DNA of 64,000 bases from Macrostomum lignano. Its lineage: Eukaryota. Made by a program: the position numbers and the translations under genes. The stretch spans positions 301,560 to 365,559 of the forward strand of contig NIVC01001965.1 of NCBI GenBank assembly GCA_002269645.1, written 5' to 3'. Under the pieces are notes generated by a model. That model did no database searches. It was not told the DNA's origin and was given only the letters and a program-made list of their open reading frames with translations. This document shows, in pieces, positions 13,317 through 30,338 of this stretch; positions within the stretch are counted from its first letter, which is position 1, and every line of letters starts with the position of its first letter.

Positions 13317-13640
13317 TCAGTCCATGTTGGAGCTCCCTGGCGGGGCTGCCACCAGTTTGTACCGCAGCTCCTCCGTGCAGGCAGTCAACTCGGCCAGCAG
13401 GCTCAGGTAGGCCGCTCGGACAGTCCGGAACTCGGCCACCAGTTGGCCGAAGCGGGCGGCTTTGCACTCGGCCGCTGCCGCCGGCTGCTCGAAGGACTTC
13501 CTCGGCCGCTGGTACCGATGCCCGCCGTTGCTGTTGCCGCTCGGCGAGGACACGATGAAGCCATCGGCCCGGCTGTCCGTCAGCAGGCAGGCGGCCACGC
13601 AGCAGCTGACCGCTAGGAGAAGTTGGCAAGCCTTCGACAT
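13317..13640 (-). CDS. Small secreted protein / candidate neuropeptide or hormone precursor, 107 aa
   Basis: Signal-peptide-like MSKACQLLLAVSCCVAACLLTDSRA, basic site QRPRK, then a helix-like segment bracketed by two Cys. Context GCCAATG, a 5'UTR intron (GTAAGT near 13726, TTTTCAG near 13651), and AATAAA on the minus strand near 13245-13250. GC-rich codon usage like the other genes. Confidence 0.75.
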   Translation of the reverse strand: MSKACQLLLAVSCCVAACLLTDSRADGFIVSSPSGNSNGGHRYQRPRKSFEQPAAAAECKAARFGQLVAEFRTVRAAYLSLLAELTACTEELRYKLVAAPPGSSNMD

Positions 13641-14139
13641 TGGCGACTACTGAAAAGCATAAATCCAAGAATTATTGTGCAACTTGACAGACAGCAGAAT
13701 AAAAAGTTAATATCGTTTCCTTTACTTACCCGAGTATTGCTTGAGTTCTGAAATTCGTCTGTGCAACGGAAGGAGGAATGTGTGGCATCGATGATTGCCC
13801 GGCTGTTCGATCTTTTATACTGGGACACCCTTAATTACCTTAGAGATGGCTTCCATTGATTTGCTTTCTCATTTTCTGCGTCTTTTTGCTGAAGAAATTT
13901 TTTTGGTAATCTGTGAAGCCTTGGAAATGCTGTTGCGTGCTAATTTATCTATAGAGCTCTTGTGTCTTCGTGTTCAAGCATCTGAGTCCGCTCTAATCCC
14001 TGGCTGGCTAATTACTTTTCCCAAATTGCTAATCAACAGGTGCTTAAATGGTTCATGATTGGAGCGATTTTGAAATATTTTGAAAGGATTCCTGAAGTCT
14101 GTGCGGAAAAAAAAACTGGAAAAATGTAGGTTGCAGTTG

Positions 14140-15090
14140 TTGGCTGGAGTGGCACAGGTGCTGGTTGGAGTGGCACAGGTGCTGTCTGGAGTGGCACAGG
14201 TGCTGTCTGGAGTGGCACAGGTGCTGTCTGGAGTGGCACAGGTGCTGTCTGGAGTGGCACAGGTGCTGTCTGGAGTGGCACAGGTGCTGTCTGGAGTGGC
14301 ACAGGTGCTGTCTGGAGTGACACAGGTGCTGGCTGGAGTGGCACAGGTGCTGTCTGGAGTGACACAGGTGCTGTCTGGAGTGGCACAGGTGCTGTCTGGA
14401 GTGACACAGGTGCTGGAGTGACACAGGTGCTAGCTGGAGTGACACAGGTGCTGTCTGGAGTGACACAGGTGCTAGCTGGAGTGACACAGGTGCTAGCTGG
14501 AGTGACACAGGTGCTGTCTGGAGTGGCACAGGTGCTGGCTGGAGTGACACAGGTGCTAGCTGGAGTGACACAGGTGCTGGCTGGAGTGGCACAGGTGCTG
14601 TCTGGAGTGACACAGGTGCTGTCTGGAGTGACACAGGTGCTGGCTGGAGTGGCACAGGTGCTGTCTGGAGTGACACAGGTGCTGGCTGGAGTGGCACAGG
14701 TGCTGTCTGGAGTGACACAGGTGCTGGAGTGACACAGGTGCTAGCTGGAGTGACACAGGTGCTAGCTGGAGTGGCACAGGTGCTAGCTGGAGTGACACAG
14801 GTGCTAGCTGGAGTGGCACAGGTGCTAGCTGGAGTGACACAGGTGCTAGCTGGAGTGACACAGGTGCTAGCTGGAGTGGCACAGGGGCTAGCTGGAGTGA
14901 CACAGGTGCTAGCTGGAGTGACACAGGTGCTAGCTGGAGTGGCACAGGGGCTAGCTGGAGTGACACAGGGGCTAGCTGGAGTGACACAGGTGCTAGCTGG
15001 AGTGACACAGGTGCTAGCTGGAGTGACACAGGTGCTAGCTGGAGTGACACAGGTGCTAGCTGGAGTGACACAGGTGCTAGCTGGAGTGAC
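14140..15090. repeat. Minisatellite, 21 bp unit GCTGGAGTGACACAGGTGCTA
   Basis: About 45 copies. Confidence 0.97.
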
Positions 15091-16649
15091 TAGTGAGTGG
15101 AGCAACTGTACGCCATCATGCATTCAATAAACTTTCTGCACTGTTGTGACAGTTTTGGATCACTTCAGCCCTATTAATTGAAAGTACAGACTAAATCCCC
15201 AGAATTTACTGAAATAATCAAGTTGCAGTTAAGAAGGATGAAGCACCCAGTGGGGTAGAATTTTCGGAAGCAAGTTGCAGCTCATCAAGCGGGACTCTGA
15301 GGCAGACCGAACGGCAAAAATATTTTTCAGCCAAGTCCCACTGGAATTGAGTGAATATTCGCTTCGGAAATGGGGAATAAATTTTGTTCTTAACAAGGAA
15401 CTTTACTCCATCGAACGAATGCCTGCTGAATTTTTTAAAAGCAAGCCGAGCGCTGAGTCGCTACTGCAGCACTCAAAATTAGCCAGTTTGTCAAAACAAA
15501 TCCTGCACATCCACAAGATTAGCAAGCAAGAGGGAAGCAACAAGCGGAGAGTACGAGCTATCCAGGCCAGGCCCACCTCCTCCCACCTCCCACCTCCGCC
15601 GCCCACTCCTTTGCGGGCCTCGATGGGTGGCAATTTAAACGCCTCAGCCGCTGAAAGTGTTGTTTTTGCTTGAGGTAGCCGCGCGCGATCAGGTGTCCAT
15701 TGGGATGGCCGGATTAACACGGCCAGCCTGGCCCCAGGAATCCCGGCGAGGTGCGCGTGTGTTCGGCATCAGTGAAGCGCCACTTCTCCCTCCCCCTCTT
15801 TCGGATTTCCGTCTTGCATTTCCCTATTGCCAAATTCTCGCCTAAAAAAAATTCGGCGAAAAGGCATGCCAGCCAAGGTCCTGACCTCAGGCCGAAGTCA
15901 GCGAGGGTCAAACCCGATGCGCCCCAACCCCCGCCCCGCATTCCAGGCACGCTAGAGTGCTTGGTTCCTGTTTAGGAGGGCGGGGTCCAAGAGTCCAAAT
16001 CACTTCAATCTGCAATGTTGGCGACCTCTCCCGGCAGAGAGGGCGGCATCGATCATTGAAGCCGTCAACAGGCTGTAGAGAGCGGGCTGGTGGCGAGCAA
16101 AAAAACAAGCCAAAAAACATATTTTCCGCAGTAACGGCGATTTGTCTGGCTATACAGAGTGGCGGATGTGGGAGGACAGAAAAAGGACACTAAAGAGCTC
16201 TGGGGCGGGACTCGTTCTCTCTTGCTTCGACCCGAACTGCGAGCGTAAAGGAATTCCGCAAAAGAATTTCTGCAACAAGCAAAGAAGAAAGAAGCAGAAA
16301 CTGCTTCCATCCGCATTCCGGGCATTCCTTTCCGTTGTCTTTCTGTCAGCAGCACTTTCGATGCGTGCAGCGCGCGGAATTATCAATGTGTCGGCGGCAG
16401 GTTTGTTTATTCGCGTGCACTCTGATCTGATTACCAATTCCGGCAGGGCGCATCCGCATCGGTGAGTGGTTGCTGCAGAAGCTGGCACTGTCATCTGGCA
16501 CTTGATGATGATACTGCAGCTTGATTGACAGGGCAGGAACGAATCGGACTGTATGCATTTGAGCTACTTACAACTAGTAGTATTCAGGAGTAAATCGCAC
16601 TTATTTATTTGCGGAAACCAAAAATTGCAGAGCAGAAAACTACCGCGCC

Positions 16650-16900
16650 AAGACCCCTGGTTCGATTCCGTGAGCGGCCGCACTCATTCGGGGCTGTGTG
16701 TGCACGAAAGTTGGCCCCTGGGGGATGTCTTGCGATTCACCGCCCATGAGGATCAACCCCAAAGTCACAGAGAGTGTACATACCGGATGATTAGGAAGTC
16801 AGGGCCGCTGTACACCCTGTGTGAGCGTGTGTGTCAAGTCCATGTGTACAGTATTGGCGGGCTTCTTTGCGCTCACGAGTCAGCGGATGAGCGGAATTGC
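16650..16900 (+). mobile_element. tRNA-derived SINE family S1, 5'-truncated copy
   Basis: B box GGTTCGATTCC at about 16659-16669. The body matches the 22.95 kb and 57.7 kb copies. Confidence 0.75.
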
Positions 16901-16904
16901 TGAG

Positions 16905-17290
16905 ATGCCAAGGCTGATGAGAGAGTTGTTGAGATGCCAAGGCTGATGAGGGAGTTGCTGAGATGCCAAGGCTGATGAGAGAGTTGCTGAGATGCCAAGG
17001 CTGATGAGAGAGTTGCTGAGGTGCCAAGGCTGATGAGAGAGTTGTTGAGATGCCAAGGCTGATGAGAGAGTTGTTGAGATGCCAAGGCTGATGAGAGAGT
17101 TGTTGAGATGCCAAGGCTGATGAGAGAGTTGTTGAGATGCCAAGGCTGATGAGAGAGTTGTTGAGATGCCAAGGCTGATGAGGGAGTTGCTGAGGTGCCA
17201 AGGCTGATGAGAGAGTTGCTGAGGTGCCAAGGCTGATGAGGGAGTTGCTGAGGTGCCAAGGCTGATGAGGGAGTTGCTGAGATGCCAAGG
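16905..17290. repeat. Minisatellite, 29 bp unit GCTGAGATGCCAAGGCTGATGAGAGAGTT
   Basis: About 13 copies directly abutting the SINE 3' end. Confidence 0.96.
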
Positions 17291-17535
17291 CAGACGTCAG
17301 AAGCTGCATGTAGTTTATTCAAAAAAAATATTCCATTCTTTGTTGGCTTCTCGACGGGGGTGTGCGCTGATTGCTACTTCAGAGAAGTAGTTACTTGCAA
17401 AAGCTCTATTTTTAGAAACTTCTGTGTCTATGGTCCCTGGGGTCCAACGGAGCTACGGCAGCTCAGTTCGCTAAGCTGAGTTCGAGTTTTCATTCCGTTC
17501 GAGCGTGGCGCTAAGCATCTAGTCAGCTGATCAGC

Positions 17536-24556
<7,021 letters not shown>

Positions 24557-24844
24557 TTTTGTTTTACTTTGCATCTCTTTTTGAATTGGATTTCAGTTGC
24601 GTCTTGAAGTGAAAAATACATACACAAACCCATTCGGGAGCTCTTATTTGCACTCGGTTTTAAAGTCCAGAAGGCAATTTGCAATTAAATTTTTTGAGTG
24701 TGTACGTATCTGAGCTGACTGATTATGAGAAGCCGCTGATTATGAGTCATGCTTGTGCATGCTCAGGGGTCAGGGGAATGGCCATGGCTGCTTGCCTCAT
24801 CTCTGGACCCGGGTTGACTGCCCACCTTTAATTATCTTATTAAC

Positions 24845-24990
24845 CATTTGGTGTGCTCAAAATAGCAACATAAGAGTATCATTTAGTGTGCTCAAAATAA
24901 CATGAGAGGATCATTTAGTGTGCTCAAAATAACATAGAGTATCATTTAGTGTGCTCAAAATAACATAGAGTATCATTTAGTGTGCTCAAA
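24845..24990. repeat. 31 bp unit ATCATTTAGTGTGCTCAAAATAACATAGAGT, 4-5 copies
   Basis: Direct reading. Confidence 0.9.
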
Positions 24991-25328
24991 TCACATTGCG
25001 ACAGTAGACTTTGCCCAAAAAACATTTACCGAGATAGGAACTCCAAATATTTTAGATTTTTAGATTCATAGATTTTTCAGGGTTATCTTATTAGCAATAC
25101 AGAAGTCATATAATATCTTATAGTTCACAAGAAGTTTCGAATATCCTAGATTATGTATACTTAACGGCGAGTTTTGTCCCAGCTCGTGAAATACATAAAA
25201 AATTCTTCACTTCAACTTTCTACTGAACAGAAGTAGTTTACATGCAAATTTTTGATTAATTTTCTTAGAAACGGATTTTCCAATCCTTCTGCCGAAATCG
25301 GCCGCGATGGCTTTAAGCTAAAAGTGAA

Positions 25329-27879
25329 TTAAAAGTGTAGATAGATCTGGGACATTTGCAGCGGCTCCCACTGGCCCGTGGCGCCGAACCAGCCCATGTA
25401 CTGGATGTCGCCAATATCGCCATTACGATCGAAAATGCCATTGGGATTGGCCTCGCTGCAGTTGTCTCCGGTGCCGAACCACCAGCCGCTGTTGCCGTAA
25501 GCCTGCGAGCAGGCCTGGCCTGGCGAGCCCACTGGAAAATCGAAGGTGGCGAACTCGGCACCTCGGCTGGCCAGCATTGAGTCTCCGAAATTGACGGAGC
25601 CCTTTTGGTACTTGGAGTAGTTCATGGCGTACCCTTCAGTTGGGCCCTTCACGGTGAAGTCGAGGTACTTGCATTTGTAATATTTTCCGTCAATACCGCT
25701 CTGAACGGACATCGTCACGCTCACATTTCCACTTGTCAGCAGATGGAGTCTGTCCAGCCCTGCGGTGCGGCGATCGGCCATGCTGAATTGCTGCTACTGA
25801 GTACCCGATACCCGATACCCGATACCCGATACCCGATACCCGATACCCTGCACTCGATACCCGATACCCGATACCCGATACCCGATACCCGATACCCGAT
25901 ACCCTGCACTCGATACCCGATACCCGATACCCGATACCCGATACCTAAAACGCGGTACCCGATACCCAATACTCTGTACCCGATACCCGATACACTGTAC
26001 TCGATACCCGATACCTAAAACCCGATACCCAATACCCTTTATTCGATACTCAATACCCAATACCCAACACCCGATACCTAAAACCCGATACCGGCGATAC
26101 CCAACACCCGATACCAAAAACCCGATACCCAATACTTTTTACTCGATACTTGATACCCGGCCGATACCCTGTATCCGATACCCTGTACCGGATACCCTGT
26201 ACCCGATTCCCTGTACCCGATTCCCGATGCCCAATACCCGATACCTGATAACCGGTACCCAACATCCAAATTTATCCATTTAAGGCAGTTAAAGCATGCT
26301 GTTGGACGCAATAAATGTGGTTCATTGGTCTGTGATGAAGCTTCTTACATTGCTTGCGATGTAACTACAAATACTTTGAAAATCTATACAGACAATTTCA
26401 AATCTCGAGGCAATAAGAAGAGAAGAGCAATTCCTCGTGACAACTCTCACCTAGCCAGAAATTCGTTTTGTCGCCGAATCCATTGACGTAGTCAGACCAG
26501 CTACGCTCGAAGCTCACGGCGCTATTATAGCGTTTCTGCACCAAGCACTTGGTCGAATTCGTGGGCTCGGATCCTGAGAAAATAGATTTTTAAATCATAG
26601 ATGGAAACAGAATAAAGCACACGGATGACCCGCTTCAATAGTGAGTGGCACTAAATTCATTTGGCCGTCTGCTAGTGTTTTTCGGAGAAATTTGCGCACT
26701 TTTCCAAGGAACATTTGGGCCCGGCCATAGACTACAGAAACCTATTTATTCCTCACTGGGACCCGGGCCATAGACTACAGAAACCTATTTATTCCCCACT
26801 GGGACCCGGGCCATAGACTACAGAAACCTATTTATTCCCCACTGGGACTCGGGCCATAGACTACAGAAACCTATTTATTCCCCACTTGGACCCGGGCCAT
26901 AGACTACAGAAACCTATTTATTTGGAGTTGTATTTCGACGTCCTGCTGCTTCAGCCATTCACGAGTTCAAAGTATAAATGTACAAGTGTAAACAATTTTA
27001 CCAAATTTTCGGTACAAGGTGGAATTCTCCGGTAGGTAGTTGAAGCAGCCATCCCGGCTAGTTGACATCTCGCACTCCGATGTGGAGTCGTTGAATCGAA
27101 ACGAGCGGCAGGTCGGACTGGCCAGGCATTGCAACACGCAGTCGGACTTTGAGACGGTGATGGAAGAGCGGGAGTCCACGCAGGCGCAGGTTGTCTGCGG
27201 CACAGCTTCGAAATCGGCCGAGGCTGCGGAAAAGTGAGCGTAGTTTAAATATGCGAATTCGAAGTCGTTAAGCGTGGAAACGACGGAAAGGCCCACCAAT
27301 GCTGCTTTACCACAAAAAGTCGATGCCTTTCTTAAGAAACAGAGAAATTCCTAAAGGTAGTTGAAGCAAATTTTAGTTTTCAATAAAATTTCAAAATTCA
27401 AAGTGGCGAATTTCGGGTAATTTTTTGTTTTAATTTTCTGCTTCGGGGGTTCAATTCTCGACTCACTCAGAACAATTTGTGTCACTGAGCAAGCCAAGTA
27501 ACTCTGCACATTCTTCAGTTCACCCCAAGTGCCATGGACAATAAAAGTTCATCAAGCTATTTTTCATCGAATGCTACCTGAGACTGATAAGCAAGCAAAG
27601 TTGTGACGAAATTTTAGCTGAGCCCGTCTCTGTAGTGTGTCTTTGTCTAGACGGATTTTATAGATTTCTCGACTCAGCTTGTCTATGGCCAAACCACATT
27701 CACATAACGCACAAAACGCAAAGCCTTGCGAAATTCGTTCAGAAACACGCAAGTGCGCGTATTCTAAGCGTTGCCGTTCTACAATCGTTCTTTTTTAGCT
27801 ATTTTTATGACAAATGAAGACTTCTCAACTTACCAGAGATGCAGTGGATGAGCAGCAGAGCAGAGAATAGGGCCAGCAT
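25329..27879 (-). CDS. Secreted PAN/Apple + fibrinogen-related-domain (FReD) lectin-like protein, 273 aa
   Basis: Exons 27879-27834 (signal peptide MLALFSALLLIHCIS), 27223-27002 (PAN-like CVLQCLASPTCRSFRFNDSTSECEM), 26573-26451 (VQKRYNSAVSFERSWSDYVNGFGDKTNFWLG), 25759-25329 (LDRLHLLT...GDSM...FATFD...CS..Y..SGWWF...CSEANPNG). All junctions are phase 1 GT-AG. Confidence 0.92.
25800..26260. repeat. 7 bp CCCGATA array, last intron of the FReD gene
   Basis: Direct reading. Confidence 0.96.
26718..26922. repeat. 43 bp unit GGGACCCGGGCCATAGACTACAGAAACCTATTTATTCCCCACT, about 5 copies
   Basis: Lies in intron 2 of the FReD gene. Confidence 0.95.
27445..27530 (+). mobile_element. Decayed fragment of the CORE-like SINE family S2
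   Basis: GGTTCAATTCTC...TTTGTGTCACTGAGCAAG...TAACTCTGCAC..CTTCAGTTCACCC matches 47575-47665. Confidence 0.65.
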
Positions 27880-28344
27880 TTTGCATGCAGAGTCACAATT
27901 ACCGCGCAAGCCAGAGGTGTATTTGATTTTCAGGGTGGCTTTCATTTATAGCTGCGTCCATGAAACTAGTGTAAGATCATTGCTGCTGATTTGCCTGCTT
28001 ATTGACTTTGCAATCTCGCTATTTTTGAGCTGTTGTTGCTCCTGGCAACCGGAACAGCAGGAAATTGCTGTCGGGTGTGAGAACGCGAGTTGAAATCATG
28101 GGGACCACGGGTTAAAAGACGAATACCGATGTAAAAGACTTGTTTGAACTGACTTGTTAGCTTTGGGAGAAAAGCAGTCTCACTCCCGGACTACCTTGGC
28201 TATCTGACAGCCTCACCAGCTTTAAAAACCAATCGACATCCTACTGAAAGCTTCTAGAAATTTCCCTGCAATTACGAGCGTAGAAGACAGACAAGCTAAG
28301 TAGAGAAAGAGGAGTAGGAGAATTTGGCTGAACTTCAAATTACT

Positions 28345-28685
<341 letters not shown>

Positions 28686-29704
28686 AATAAGAAAAACAGA
28701 GGCCGGGTTAATTATATTTGCATCAGCACGGAGGCGCGCAGTCCTGCGACCGGGTAGCAAAGCTGAGCTCCAGGCAAAAAAGCATAGGGTATATTGCCTG
28801 CTATTTTTCGGTTGTAATTTATTTAACTTAATTCTTTAGACATACAGTATGCATACACGCTCAGTTACTAATAGTAGCAGTAGTAGTGTATTTCTCACTC
28901 AGTAAGCAGGCATTTTCAGAAAAATCGCGGCTAGTGACACAAAGATGAAATTTGCAATTAAAACAATTATAAGAATTTCAGCTTTTTTCAACGCCATGAT
29001 ATGAGGGTCTGTATTGAATCAATAGAGTAACTGTTAAATTAGGCAGCAATTTACAAGCAGCATAGATCAGCGGTCGGGCTGCATGACTAAAAAAGTCACA
29101 CTGCTTATAGTGCCGTCATACACTACTGGCAGCCTATGTTTAGCATTTATTATTACTACATAGATCAGAACGGTAGCGACGAATTAGAAGATCACTTAAA
29201 TAAGCTTTTCGTTTTATATGACTTAAAAATCACCTTTAGAATAAATTTAGCACCTTGTAATGAGTGTACAGTAATGGAAATGTTAAATAATAATAAAAAT
29301 TGTTTTAACTTTTAACAATCACAAAAATACAGTCGAAATAAAACTTAAATCGATTCAACAAAAGGCCGTTCCGTTTTCAATTAAATTAAAAGCATGCAAA
29401 AATGGCTGCAGTAAATATTGGGCAAAAATTTCTAACCAAGCACGCAAAAAGCTTTTCTAGCTCATATTCAGCGGGCAGCATGTTCTTACAAAATCTTGAT
29501 GGATACAAGCAGGTGCATCGAAGGTTTTTATCCAAAATTCTAAAAAAATAGCACTAAAAAGGCAATAGGGAAACAGAGGCACGCTTTGGGAAGAGGATGT
29601 TTGGCTAATGAATAAAACACTAGATAAAAGGGTTTGACGATGATATTTCTAATTTACAGTGTTGAACAACAGTCTTTAAATGGTTACGCCCTCCTCAATC
29701 CATA

Positions 29705-30050
29705 TCCTTACCCACTAGCCGCGCTGCGACACCCACCTCACTCCATTTTCTACACCCACTAGCCGCGCTGCGACACCCACCTCACTCCATTTCCTACACC
29801 CACTAGCCGCGCTGCGACACCCACCTCACTCCATTTCCTTATCCAGTAGCCGCGTTGCGACACCCACCTCACTCCTTTTCCTACACCCACTAGCCGCGCT
29901 GCGACACCCACCTCACTCCATTTCCTTATCCAGTAGCCGCGTTGCGACACCCACCTCACTCCTTTTCCTACACCCACTAGCCGCGCTGCGACACCCACCT
30001 CACTCCATTTCCTTATCCAGTAGCCGCGTTGCGACACCCACCTCACTCCA
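29705..30050. repeat. 44 bp unit CTAGCCGCGCTGCGACACCCACCTCACTCCATTTCCTACACCCA array (3' flank/UTR of the FERM gene)
   Basis: About 8 copies. The same family occurs at 30720-30945. Confidence 0.95.
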
Positions 30051-30338
30051 TTTGTCTCACTCGCATCTAGCCATAATATGACATACACTTCATTTTTGCA
30101 GGCTTTTAAATTTACTACACGTTTGAGCTCAAATAATCCTGGCCTTCATTCGCCAAAATACACGAGCTAGTTAGAGTAACCGCAGCCTATATATTACTAA
30201 TCCATAGAAATATAAAAAGGCAGTTGTCAATGGCTGGTCAGAAGTATTCAATGGCTGCAAGAAATGTTTTTGTTAATATTTCGTAACTAGTGCGACACGC
30301 ATTTAGGACCGGACAAAGGGGGAGAGCAAGAACCGCTT

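Noticed and set aside
27224-27350. Idea that the FReD gene lacks its own ATG and uses the flatworm spliced-leader AUG at the phase-0 acceptor at 27350
   Set aside because: A cis exon at 27879-27834 supplies the ATG and a signal peptide, and it splices in phase to a stronger acceptor at 27223.
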